Assembly (NCBI GenBank): GCA_964535655.1
Contig: CAZHTP010000007.1
Location: 1-60,732, forward strand
Origin: an uncultured Gammaproteobacteria bacterium
GTDB taxonomy: Bacteria > Patescibacteriota > Microgenomatia > JALYQM01
Reading direction: 5' to 3'
DNA: 60,732 nt
The first letter of the stretch is position 1, and every line of letters starts with the position of its first letter. Under the pieces are notes generated by a model, which was not told the DNA's origin, did not search any database, and was given only the letters and a program-made list of their open reading frames with translations. The translations under genes and the position numbers were made by a program. Below are positions 1 to 9,006 of this stretch, piece by piece.

Positions 1-30
1 GAGAAATTTTTCGCCTTTTATTTGATACCT

Positions 31-54
31 AGGTGACCGTTTTGAAACGGTCTC
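31..54. repeat. Palindromic hairpin family, copy 1 (AGGTGACCGTTTTGAAACGGTCTC). It lies downstream of the minus-strand tRNA-Leu/Pro pair. A second small hairpin, GTCTCA/TGAGAC, follows at 50-67.
   Basis: Read directly. Exact 24-nt reverse complement of 60679-60702. The core GACCGTTTTGAAACGGTC is self-complementary. Confidence 0.8.
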
Positions 55-97
55 AGCCTTTTGAGACTCTCCTCAAAGACCGTCTTGTATTATCTAG

Positions 98-170
98 TCG
101 GGGCGACATGACTCGAACATGCGACCTCATGGTCCCAAACCACGCGCTCTACCAACTGAGCTACGCCCCG
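98..170 (-). tRNA. tRNA-Pro (anticodon TGG)
   Basis: Manual cloverleaf gives a 73-nt tRNA. C1:G72 acceptor pair typical of bacterial tRNA-Pro, U8/A9, anticodon loop TTTGGGA, T-loop TTCGAGT. CCA is not encoded. Confidence 0.9.
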
Positions 171-250
171 AGGACACTTTAATGTATCTATTTAAATAGT
201 GTCCGAGGTCCTGCGCCTGAAAGGCGAAGGGCCGCTATCATTAAAGTTCG

Positions 251-333
251 TGCCGGGAGAGGGAGTCGAACCCTCACGCCTTTGAGGGCGAGGGATTTTA
301 AGTCCCTTGCGTCTGCCATTCCGCCACCCCGGC
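251..333 (-). tRNA. tRNA-Leu (anticodon TAA), class II with long variable arm
   Basis: 83 nt. Acceptor GCCGGGG/TCCCGGC, anticodon stem AGGGA/TCCCT with loop CTTAAAA, variable arm CGCCCTCAAAGGCG, T-arm GAGGG-TTCGACT-CCCTC. Confidence 0.9.
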
Positions 334-411
334 TACTAACACTGCATTTTACTGTAACACCATATAAAATGCAACAAAAATAGTATACCATACTACAATA
401 ATCTTATTAAT

Positions 412-862
412 ATGGGTTTAAAAGAAGCTCTCGACAATGTAAAATCGGTAAAAGATACGCTCGGGCCTGGTTATGCGGCCAATTGTTATGTACCTTTTGC
501 TTTTGACGTATGCTGCACTGAATGGAGGTATGGACCAAAGAGATCTAATCACCGACTTAGCCTTAAAAGATGTTATCTTTCCGGTAGTACGGATTCCTCG
601 GTGGTCACTTACTGCATTGCCGTTTATAGGCCTAAATCTAGGAAGGCACGATATCGCCGGCGCGCTTATCTCAACACGAGTTCACAATCTTGACCATGTC
701 TGTGCGATCAAAAAAGATGGAGGTCATGTAAATTTGTATGATACGGTAAACCGCGGTATACACAAAGGTTCATTATGGGAAGCCGCCAGGATGAGTGTAC
801 GAGCTCCCCAACGACATCGGGCAATCGTGTATCTGCAGAAAAAAGTTAACTGGCCAGGATAA
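412..862 (+). other. GC-rich segment with two overlapping plus-strand ORFs in different frames (412-693 and 473-862). Possibly a frameshifted gene or pseudogene, or a real 129-aa ORF. Identity unknown.
   Basis: Hand-counted GC is 48-50% in lines 421-480 and 601-660, against about 33-35% in typical coding lines. A 129-codon open frame is unlikely by chance. No long ORF on the minus strand. No family recognised. Confidence 0.3.
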
Positions 863-863
863 A

Positions 864-1574
864 TCAGATGTCCCAGGTTTCCATCACATCGACTTGGGTA
901 CCTGGATTTTCGCCCGTTGGGCGAAGGATTCTCACCCCAGGTGGCATCTCTGGATTAGCCCAATAATACAGAGTTTCAGCGTCAGTGAGCGTCATATTTA
1001 CACAACCATGCGACATTGGATTGCCAAAATTGTTGTGCCAATAAGTGCTATGAAAGCTAATTCCTTTGTTAAAAAATTGAACAAACTGAACATTTGGTAA
1101 ATAGTAATAATCGCCCTTAGCTTTATCTCCACCTTTCATGGTTTGTGATCGCACTTTGTACCAGATCTTATACTGTCCGGGAGGGGTTGGTCCCCAATAC
1201 CCCGTCGATACTAAAAAGTTAAAAACAACCCGGTTCCCTTCGTAGGCATATACGCGCTGGTGAGCAAGGTCCACCACAATGCGCTTATTCTCGGTAGTCG
1301 CTCCAAGCACGGCTAAACTGGGAGCCGCTTTGTATGCTAATTGACGAAGCATATCAACCGGCGCTTTGTACGTAACATTATTAAAAGTATACAAAGTTTC
1401 ACCTTCTTTAAAGTTTGCATCCTGCGACAATACACTGTCACGCACATAAGCATCACTTAACAGCTCACTGGAAACAGACGCAACTTTTTTAGGAGGGACA
1501 GGTAATGTTGCATAGTAAACCATACCACCCACGACAACAAGGAATAAAGAAACCAACAGGACAGGCGATTTCAT
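864..1574 (-). CDS. L,D-transpeptidase (YkuD/ErfK domain), N-terminal membrane anchor
   Basis: Catalytic motif HSTYWHNNFGNPMSHGCVNM (His...SHGC). Hydrophobic N-terminus MKSPVLLVSLFLVVVGG. Confidence 0.85.
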   Translation of the reverse strand: MKSPVLLVSLFLVVVGGMVYYATLPVPPKKVASVSSELLSDAYVRDSVLSQDANFKEGETLYTFNNVTYKAPVDMLRQLAYKAAPSLAVLGATTENKRIVVDLAHQRVYAYEGNRVVFNFLVSTGYWGPTPPGQYKIWYKVRSQTMKGGDKAKGDYYYLPNVQFVQFFNKGISFHSTYWHNNFGNPMSHGCVNMTLTDAETLYYWANPEMPPGVRILRPTGENPGTQVDVMETWDI

Positions 1575-1575
1575 A

Positions 1576-2085
1576 TTATTGTTTTAAAGCACTACTCACC
1601 TTAGGATTCTTACGTAATAAGAATACTCCAGACCCCGCGAACAAAGCTATTAATATAAATAGTAACGCACTTGTTATAATACTCGGTCCGCCAGATGCTT
1701 TCGTTGTTGCAGTGCCTTTCACTTCCGCGCGAGGAGCTGCCGCCGCGGTTGTAGGTATTATTGTCGGCGATATACGAGGAGAATCGGTAGGTGATGGTGA
1801 AGGGGTTTTCTTTTTTACTACTGCGGCAACCGTTGGCTTTGGCGATGGAATGCGAGTTGGTGTGGCAATAGCGCTTGCTGATCCACTCGGCGATGGAGAA
1901 ACTATCGGCAAAGAAGTAGCCGATGCAAAGGGAGAAGGCGAGGAAGTTGCTTGTGAAGAAGGACTTGGAGATGGCGAAGCACTCGGATTATCGTCAATAG
2001 CAGGAACAGGCAATGCATGCACCGTCTTTACCACAGTCAGCAAAAACATAAGTGCAAATAAGGTCGGCACAATTCTTTTTATCAT
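1576..2085 (-). CDS. Pro/Ser/Thr-rich surface protein with a signal peptide and a C-terminal TM segment plus basic tail
   Basis: N-terminal hydrophobic leader, long PSPSPS/TPT low-complexity core, C-terminal IITSALLFILIALFAGSGVFLLRKNPK. Its stop lies 1 nt from the L,D-transpeptidase start. Confidence 0.6.
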   Translation of the reverse strand: MIKRIVPTLFALMFLLTVVKTVHALPVPAIDDNPSASPSPSPSSQATSSPSPFASATSLPIVSPSPSGSASAIATPTRIPSPKPTVAAVVKKKTPSPSPTDSPRISPTIIPTTAAAAPRAEVKGTATTKASGGPSIITSALLFILIALFAGSGVFLLRKNPKVSSALKQ

Positions 2086-2135
2086 GAAAATATAGTAAGC
2101 ATTTGCACGCCTGATGTCAAATTTACAAACTCAAT

Positions 2136-3044
2136 TTAAGTACTCTTGATTGCGTGACCACCAAAGCGATTACGCAGTACAGCCACAACTTTTGCCGCAA
2201 ATGAATCATCCTGCCTTGATCGGTATCGCACAAATAAAGCATGCGCAAGGGTCGTCACCGGTACTTTATATTGCAAAGCCGTTTCAATCGACCATTGAGC
2301 TTCACCATTATCTTCCACATATCCCTTAATACTTGAAAGTTCATTGTCTTCTTTAAAAGCATCTTCTGCCAAGCGCATTAACTTAGATTGAATAATACTA
2401 CCGCTATTCCAGATATCTGCAATTTCTCCCAAATCAAGATTAGGATAGGGCCCATTCTTTATAAGTTCAAATCCTTCACCCATTGCCTGTAAAAAGCCGT
2501 ATTCAACAGCATTATGTACCATTTTTACAAAGTGACCACTACCTGCTGGTCCAACATATTTGTAACCATTTACGACAGACAACGATTCAAATAGTGGTCG
2601 CAGTTCCTCAAAAACCCCTTTTTCTCCACCAATCATTAAACAGGCCCCAGTACGAGCGCCACTCGGGCCACCACTAGTTCCGCTATCTAAAAAGTGTATC
2701 CCCATATCAGCACACTTAGCCGCGCGTCTTTTGGTATCATTATAGTTAGAATTACCACCATCAATAATGATATCACCTTTTTTCAAGCAAGAGGTTAAGT
2801 TATGAGAACCAAATAACATATCTTCTGTCACATCGCCTGCCGTTAACATAAGCCAAATAACTTTTCGATCGGACAACTGAGATACAACATCTTGAGGAGA
2901 AGAAGCTCGCTGTGCACCCGCTGCGACAACTTCTTCAAGCGGCGATGGAGACCTATTCCAAGCGACTACTTTATGCCCATGATCAAGCATATTAAAAACC
3001 ATGTTCTTCCCCATTTTTCCAAGACCGATGTATCCAATTTGCAT
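2136..3044 (-). CDS. gnd: 6-phosphogluconate dehydrogenase, decarboxylating, short (about 300 aa) form
   Basis: MQIGYIGLGKMGKNM Rossmann motif and C-terminal NRFGGHA. Start moved to the ATG at 3044 because AAGGAGG lies 5 nt upstream. The ORF-track start at 3158 has no such support. Confidence 0.85.
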   Translation of the reverse strand: MQIGYIGLGKMGKNMVFNMLDHGHKVVAWNRSPSPLEEVVAAGAQRASSPQDVVSQLSDRKVIWLMLTAGDVTEDMLFGSHNLTSCLKKGDIIIDGGNSNYNDTKRRAAKCADMGIHFLDSGTSGGPSGARTGACLMIGGEKGVFEELRPLFESLSVVNGYKYVGPAGSGHFVKMVHNAVEYGFLQAMGEGFELIKNGPYPNLDLGEIADIWNSGSIIQSKLMRLAEDAFKEDNELSSIKGYVEDNGEAQWSIETALQYKVPVTTLAHALFVRYRSRQDDSFAAKVVAVLRNRFGGHAIKST

Positions 3045-3098
3045 AAGAGCCTCCTTAAGCTTTGTTTCTTTATACACCAAATAGTATACTTTTAGTAT

Positions 3099-3728
3099 AT
3101 GAAAATAACAGTAATTATGGGATCCGGAGTTTATGCTGACGGAAACAAACAGTATCAAAAATATTTAGATGATTGCCTTTCGTTTATCAAGGAATCTAAT
3201 CCAGAGTTAATCATTATTTGTGGAGGATTCACCAACCCGCATTTAGAAATATCCGAAGCAGAATCAATAAAAGCATATTTTATTGCGCAACATCCTTCGA
3301 TTAATCCATATACGGTAACTGAAAATAAATCGCTAACATCGCTGGAGAACCTCGAGAATGCATATGAGATTATTCATTCTCAAGATATTGAGTTATCCGA
3401 ATTACATATTTGTTGTGACAGTATTCGTTCTCCAAAAAACTTTTATTGCGCGGCTCAGATTTTTAACAAAAAATTAGATATAAATGCTAGTGAAGAAGAA
3501 ATTTATCACAAGCTAGGTGATGAAATGCTGAGAAATAAAACCAAAATTCGAGAAAGAATTACAATGAAATTTAAAGAATTATATATTGAGGGGATGCCTC
3601 TAGATCGTTCGATTGATGAGATTGCAGAACAGATTCCTTCAAGTATACTTGAAATAGGATTTTATACTTTTCAATCATTACATAAAAAATTTATACAGGT
3701 TCGTAAAGATAAATTAGGATTAAAATAA
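3099..3728 (+). CDS. YdcF/DUF218 (ElyC/SanA-like) family protein, function unknown
   Basis: Pattern IICGGFTN...SEAESIKAYF...ENKSLTSLENLENA...CCDSIRSPK resembles the DUF218 signature (GG...SEA...S.nT.eN...H..R). Confidence 0.5.
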   Translation: MKITVIMGSGVYADGNKQYQKYLDDCLSFIKESNPELIIICGGFTNPHLEISEAESIKAYFIAQHPSINPYTVTENKSLTSLENLENAYEIIHSQDIELSELHICCDSIRSPKNFYCAAQIFNKKLDINASEEEIYHKLGDEMLRNKTKIRERITMKFKELYIEGMPLDRSIDEIAEQIPSSILEIGFYTFQSLHKKFIQVRKDKLGLK

Positions 3729-3730
3729 AT

Positions 3731-4663
3731 ATGAAATATTATCTCGGTGTCGATGCAGGGGGAACAAAAACCCACACAATTATCGCAAATGAAAATGACG
3801 AGATCTGTGGTGAATACACCTCTGGACCTGGAAATGCGTCATCAATAGGAATTGAAGCAGCTATCGAGAATATTTTTGAAAGTATTATCGCCGCCAAATT
3901 AAAAGCCGAAAAGACGGTAGGTGAAAAAGAATTGCACATTACTGCATCCTGCGTTGGATTAGCTGGCCTTGATTCCGACGAAGATCGCAATTCTCTTACC
4001 ATAGTTCTTGAAAAACTGTTTGATAAACTTCAGCTAAACGCACCAACCATCGTTAACGATATCCAGATTGGATTAAAAAGCGCTACAGAAAATAAAAATG
4101 CGTTAGCAATTATTTGTGGAACTGGCTCTAATTGCTTTGCTCAAAATGAAGAAGGCAAAACAGTCTGGGTTGGGGGATTGGAATATTTATTAAGTGATGA
4201 AGCGAGTGGATATTATATGGGATACAAGGCACTTCATCTAGCCGTCAAAAGTTACGATGGCAGGGTCGAAAAAACAACGCTTGAGGGAGCCATCACAAAA
4301 GAACTCAATGTGCCAAATATGCGAGCCGCAAAAAATGTGGTACATCAATTTAAAAAAAAAGATTTTGCCCACTTAACGTATCTAATCTTTGATGCCTACC
4401 GCCAGGGGGATTGGGCCGCCAAGAAAATAGTTGAAGAGACTGTCGACGAAGCCTACTTGATGATTAAAACAGCTGCCGATAAACTTGCCTATACCAAAAC
4501 TTTTGATGTTGTGTATATTGGTGGACTTTTTGAGAATTCCAATTTTGCAATCTTACTTTCCGATAAAATTAAAGAAAGCTATCCACTTGCTAATATCATT
4601 TTCCATAAACGTGTCCCAGCATGGGGAGCTATAGAGATAGCCAAACTTAATAGTTACAGCTGA
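3731..4663 (+). CDS. BadF/BadG/BcrA/BcrD-type ATPase, N-acetylglucosamine/glucose kinase-like sugar kinase
   Basis: N-terminal YLGVDAGGTKT phosphate-1 motif, internal ICGTGSN motif, about 310 aa. Confidence 0.7.
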   Translation: MKYYLGVDAGGTKTHTIIANENDEICGEYTSGPGNASSIGIEAAIENIFESIIAAKLKAEKTVGEKELHITASCVGLAGLDSDEDRNSLTIVLEKLFDKLQLNAPTIVNDIQIGLKSATENKNALAIICGTGSNCFAQNEEGKTVWVGGLEYLLSDEASGYYMGYKALHLAVKSYDGRVEKTTLEGAITKELNVPNMRAAKNVVHQFKKKDFAHLTYLIFDAYRQGDWAAKKIVEETVDEAYLMIKTAADKLAYTKTFDVVYIGGLFENSNFAILLSDKIKESYPLANIIFHKRVPAWGAIEIAKLNSYS

Positions 4664-6063
4664 TTGGCTTCTTCAGGACCATTTGATCCCTTTTCGTATA
4701 TTTTTAAATCAGTGCCTACTTCATTCCATAACGATAAAATCGAAGTTACAAATTTCCAACTTGCTTCAATTTCATCAGTTCGAGTAAACAGGGATTGATC
4801 ACCTAGCAGAGAATCCATAATCAACCGCTCATAGGCATCAGGCAAATTGTTATAGGTATCGCTGTATTCATAATTCAAAAATACATCTTGAAGGTTCATT
4901 CCAAATCCTGGCTCTTTAATAAGTACCTTTAAGTTTATACCTTCATTAGGCTGCACACGAATGATTAATTCATTTGAGCGCAACTCACAAAAAAGGTTAG
5001 AAAATACTTTTGCATCGGCATGCTTAAATTTAATGCGCACTTCAGAATAGCGGGATCCCAAGTTTTTTCCGGTCTTAACAATGATCGGGATATCCTGCCA
5101 CTGTGGAAGGTCAACGTATGCTCTAATCGCAACGTATGTCTCAGTATTGGAGTTAGGCTCAATTTTTTCTTCCTGCACGTAGCCTGCATATTGCCCCCGA
5201 ATGGTTTCAGTACTGATAGTCTGTTCAGTATAAGGGCGCAAAGCCGCGAGTATTGCATGCTTTTTATCGCGAATCGCTCCCGCGTCATATTGCTCTGGTT
5301 CGTCCATCGTTGTAAGCGCGACCAGTTGCAGCAAGTGACTTTGAATCATATCGCGCAGTGCCCCAGCGCTATCATAGTACCCTCCACGACCTTCAATACC
5401 TAATTCTTCACTCGCGATAATTTCAATCGAATCAATATAGTCTTTAGTCCAAACTGGTTTAAAAAGAACATTGGTAAAACGAACTGACAAAATATTTTGT
5501 ACTGTTTCTTTTCCTAAATAATGATCGATGCGGTAAATCTGCTCCTCAATAAAAAATTTCATTAAGTGAGTGTTAAGTGCTTGAGCTGACTCTAAGTCAT
5601 GACCAAACGGTTTTTCAATAATTACCCGCGTCCATTTTCCTTCCTCGCCACAGCCAATATGTAACCCTACTTCTCCAATGTGGTTAATGATTAACGGCAG
5701 AGCATCAGGCGAAGTTGCCATATAATAGAGCTTAGATAAACATTCACCCATTTCTGATTCATACTGTCGAATAGACTCTTTTAATAGCTTAAATGAATCG
5801 ACTGAGTCGAAATCACCTCGAACATATTTAATATGTTTGGCAAAGTGATTCCACATCCCTTGATCATCTTTAACAAAAGGTACAAATGTCTCAGCAATAG
5901 TTTCTGAGGTATATTCCCGACGGGCAAAAGCGAGAATTATAAACTCTTGCGGCAATAACTCCATTTTGTACAAGGAAAATAGAGCAGGAATAAGCTTTCT
6001 TTTTGTTAGGTCGCCTGTTGCTCCAAAAATTACGATAATAAAGGAAGGGATTGATTGATTCAT
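4654..6063 (-). CDS. zwf: Glucose-6-phosphate 1-dehydrogenase
   Basis: FGATGDLTKRKL NADP motif, EKPFGHDL, and active-site RIDHYLGKE. Confidence 0.95.
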   Translation of the reverse strand: MNQSIPSFIIVIFGATGDLTKRKLIPALFSLYKMELLPQEFIILAFARREYTSETIAETFVPFVKDDQGMWNHFAKHIKYVRGDFDSVDSFKLLKESIRQYESEMGECLSKLYYMATSPDALPLIINHIGEVGLHIGCGEEGKWTRVIIEKPFGHDLESAQALNTHLMKFFIEEQIYRIDHYLGKETVQNILSVRFTNVLFKPVWTKDYIDSIEIIASEELGIEGRGGYYDSAGALRDMIQSHLLQLVALTTMDEPEQYDAGAIRDKKHAILAALRPYTEQTISTETIRGQYAGYVQEEKIEPNSNTETYVAIRAYVDLPQWQDIPIIVKTGKNLGSRYSEVRIKFKHADAKVFSNLFCELRSNELIIRVQPNEGINLKVLIKEPGFGMNLQDVFLNYEYSDTYNNLPDAYERLIMDSLLGDQSLFTRTDEIEASWKFVTSILSLWNEVGTDLKIYEKGSNGPEEANQL

Positions 6064-6067
6064 AAAT

Positions 6068-8122
6068 TTAATGTTGTTTAATTAGAGCAGTAGTATATAG
6101 TTTTTCAAAATATTCTTTCAAGGTCCTTTTTGTACTAAATTCTGGGCATACTGCAGCAATGGTTCGTTTCATATATCCAACCCACTTGTCGGGTATATTT
6201 TCAGAAGTGCGACCATAATAAAGCGGAATTACCTGCTTCTCGAGCAATTCGTACAACTCAGATCCTGCATTTTCGCTCGACATCATAAACCCTTTATTTT
6301 CCCAATCAACCTCAAGCACCCACCCACTTGGTGTCGAACATTGCAGCACTCCATTTGCCGCAGCTTTCATACCACTTGTACCACTTGCCTCAGTCATTAC
6401 AAAGGGTGTATTCAGCCAAACATCAGAAGCTGAAACTAAGTGCCGAGCCGTGCTAATTTGATAATTAGGAACAAAAACTAATCGGTTTTTAAAACGTTCA
6501 TCTTTCATGAGCATATAAATTCTACTCATCATATTTTTACCATCAAGGTCTTTAGGGTGAGCTTTGCCTGAAACGATAACCTGCAAAGGTCGGGAATCGT
6601 TAGCTACAAGAGTTAACAATCTATCGATATTTTCCATTACCAAATCAGGGCGTTTATAGGTTGCAAATCGCCGCGCCCAAGTGATCGTTAGATAATCAGG
6701 ATTTAGGGAGAAGTTGTACTCATCATTAAGTTTCGTGATCATCTCCGTTTTTAAAAACATATGAGCATCCCACAACTCTTTATCCGGAATATGCAACGCA
6801 TTTTGCCAAAGGACGTCATCTTCTATACTATACTGCCAATCAGGGCTGATCTGTTGCTCATACACTTTTTGAATTCGGGGAGCGACCCATGTAGGAAGAT
6901 GTACACCATTAGTAATCGGTGTTATATCTCGAGCCGGCCACATTTTCTTGGCTGCAACACCATGTTCTTTACTCACTGCGTTTGCCCGTACCGACATTTC
7001 AAAGGCAAGATCAGTCATCGAGAAAGTATCGGTTACTATTCTCGTACCATCAGGGCTCGTTGCATTACCCAGCTTGTACAGTTCCTGGAAATCGATACCC
7101 ATACCAATCAGATGAGGGCTCAGGTATTTATTTACCAAGTCGTAGTTAAAAACATCATTTCCTGCCGGGACAATGGTGTGATTGGTGTAAATAATCTTTG
7201 TTTTAGTCTCTTCACGAGCACGATTAAATGTTAAACCTCGTTCATACATAAAATGCTTCGTAATCTCTAGCGCAGCAAAAGCCGAATGCCCTTCGTTCAT
7301 GCTATATACCGTCGGATGGTAGCCCAAAGCCGAAAGAGCACGCTCTCCACCAATTCCTAAAATCAATTCCTGCCTAATCCGCGTGTCCTGATCTCCGCCA
7401 TAGAGATGTCCTGTTATCAATTTATCTTCCATTCGAACATTCTCAGGAATATTTGTATCTAAAAGAAAGAGCGGTACCCGCCCAACTTGGACAGTCCAAA
7501 TCCGGCAATAAACAGGATGGTCGACAACGGTAATTTCAATGAGAAGGGGAGCACCGGTTGAAATACGGATTAATTCAAGCGGCAACCGCATGGGATCCAT
7601 AGGATCATACTCTTCATTTTGATATCCAGTGTCACTGATTACTTGCTTGAAAAAGCCATATTGATAAAAGAGACCAACCGCAACCATGGGGAGGCCTAAA
7701 TCACTGGCCTCTTTAAGCATATCTCCGGCCAAAATTCCTAGGCCACCTGAATAGATACGTAGCCAATCAGTAAATCCATATTCAGCACAAAAATAGGCGA
7801 TCGGATTTTTTGTAATAACATCATATTCAGGGTATTTTTCGAGTAGTGTATCAAACCACGTTGTATTAGAAAGATAATCCTGAAGCTTACGATAGACATG
7901 GTCAACACTTGCACGCAAATGTGAATTGGCAAAAAGTTCTTGCTTATTTTCCTCCGACATATCCTTAAAGCGCTGAAAGGAACTCAGTTCATGGTTTGTT
8001 TTATTTAACAAAACATCAACTAATTTTTGAGCTTCGGGGTCCCAAGTATACCATAGGTTGCTGGTTATACTTTCAAATTGTTGCACAAAAAGTTCGTACT
8101 CGTGATATTGCTCATGATTCAT
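6068..8122 (-). CDS. glgP: Alpha-glucan (glycogen/maltodextrin) phosphorylase, GT35, with DUF3417-type N-terminus
   Basis: NLWYTWDP N-terminal block and EASGTSGMKAAANG PLP-lysine block. 684 aa. Confidence 0.9.
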   Translation of the reverse strand: MNHEQYHEYELFVQQFESITSNLWYTWDPEAQKLVDVLLNKTNHELSSFQRFKDMSEENKQELFANSHLRASVDHVYRKLQDYLSNTTWFDTLLEKYPEYDVITKNPIAYFCAEYGFTDWLRIYSGGLGILAGDMLKEASDLGLPMVAVGLFYQYGFFKQVISDTGYQNEEYDPMDPMRLPLELIRISTGAPLLIEITVVDHPVYCRIWTVQVGRVPLFLLDTNIPENVRMEDKLITGHLYGGDQDTRIRQELILGIGGERALSALGYHPTVYSMNEGHSAFAALEITKHFMYERGLTFNRAREETKTKIIYTNHTIVPAGNDVFNYDLVNKYLSPHLIGMGIDFQELYKLGNATSPDGTRIVTDTFSMTDLAFEMSVRANAVSKEHGVAAKKMWPARDITPITNGVHLPTWVAPRIQKVYEQQISPDWQYSIEDDVLWQNALHIPDKELWDAHMFLKTEMITKLNDEYNFSLNPDYLTITWARRFATYKRPDLVMENIDRLLTLVANDSRPLQVIVSGKAHPKDLDGKNMMSRIYMLMKDERFKNRLVFVPNYQISTARHLVSASDVWLNTPFVMTEASGTSGMKAAANGVLQCSTPSGWVLEVDWENKGFMMSSENAGSELYELLEKQVIPLYYGRTSENIPDKWVGYMKRTIAAVCPEFSTKRTLKEYFEKLYTTALIKQH

Positions 8123-8160
8123 ATAACTATAATACGGGCATCGTTTGGCTGGGTAAAGGG

Positions 8161-8910
8161 TTAGCCTTCTTGGACCTTTGGCAGCTCAACAAAAAAAGTA
8201 CTACCCTTGCCTGATGTTGATTCAAAATATATTCTTCCGCGATGCAGTTCAACTATCTGTTTACTTAAATATAAACCCAAGCCAAGTCCACTATACTTTT
8301 TACGATCAATTTCTTTACCTCGATAATACAAATCAAAAATGTAGGGTTTGTCCGCTTCAGGGATTCCAACACCATCATCGTGAATTGCAACCTGATACAT
8401 GTCATCATTTTTTGTTATCGTAATAGTGATAATTGACCCTTGAGGAGAATATTTTATTGCGTTGACTAATAAGTTAGAAAACAACTTCTCTAAGCGGCTC
8501 TCGTCAGCGATTACAGAATAAGTAGCTCCTTCATCGGCTACTACAATAATCGTATGTTCACTGCTAAATAGTTGCATATGTACACTTAAATCTCGCAACA
8601 GCGCTTTAAGATCAATAGTTGTCCAATCAAATCCTAGTTGACCACTCTCAATAACCGATACCTCAAGTAAGTCATCAATTAATCGAGTTAGTCGTTTAAT
8701 TTGACGCATAACCATTTCAAGATGCTCACGATGCTTATTTAATTCTTCTTTAGTAAAAAGTGGATTTGGTTCAAATGTTGCAATTTTTTGATCAATTTTC
8801 CGCTGCATTGCCTGGGTAAAACCTTGAATTGAGGTAATTGGTGTTTTTAACTCATGAGATACAATAGAAAGAAAGACATGTTGGTTAGTATCGTGCGATG
8901 GTGATGCCAT
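8161..8910 (-). CDS. Soluble minimal histidine kinase (DHp + HATPase_c only, no sensor or TM domain)
   Basis: H-box SIVSHELKTPITSI. N/G boxes NLLVNAIKY, DDGVGIP, GLGLGLYLS. No hydrophobic segments. Confidence 0.85.
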   Translation of the reverse strand: MASPSHDTNQHVFLSIVSHELKTPITSIQGFTQAMQRKIDQKIATFEPNPLFTKEELNKHREHLEMVMRQIKRLTRLIDDLLEVSVIESGQLGFDWTTIDLKALLRDLSVHMQLFSSEHTIIVVADEGATYSVIADESRLEKLFSNLLVNAIKYSPQGSIITITITKNDDMYQVAIHDDGVGIPEADKPYIFDLYYRGKEIDRKKYSGLGLGLYLSKQIVELHRGRIYFESTSGKGSTFFVELPKVQEG

Positions 8911-9006
8911 AATGATAGTATAGTAATAACGGAATCTTCGCTGTTAATTATAAGATATATAAGGTAATCAGTAAACACACCAACACGGAGATGGTACAAT
9001 GAGGTA

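Noticed and set aside
188-391. 67-aa minus-strand ORF
   Set aside because: It lies almost entirely over the tRNA-Leu gene and its flanks, and its arginine/glycine-rich translation is typical of reading through a tRNA.
392-863. RNase P RNA or tmRNA, suggested by the GC-rich segment next to tRNAs
   Set aside because: Neither strand shows the RNase P P4 motif (GAGGAAAGUCC paired with a CCGGCUU-type 3' element). Neither shows a tmRNA tRNA-like 3' end (GGTTCGA T-loop plus matching acceptor). The region is kept only as an unresolved anomaly.
1505-2095. 196-aa plus-strand ORF
   Set aside because: It is an antisense shadow of the low-complexity Pro/Ser/Thr-rich gene. Repetitive GC-rich codons keep the opposite strand open.
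3045-3158. N-terminal 38-codon extension of the gnd ORF
   Set aside because: The conserved Rossmann N-terminus begins at the ATG at 3044, which has AAGGAGG 5 nt upstream. The extension has no support.
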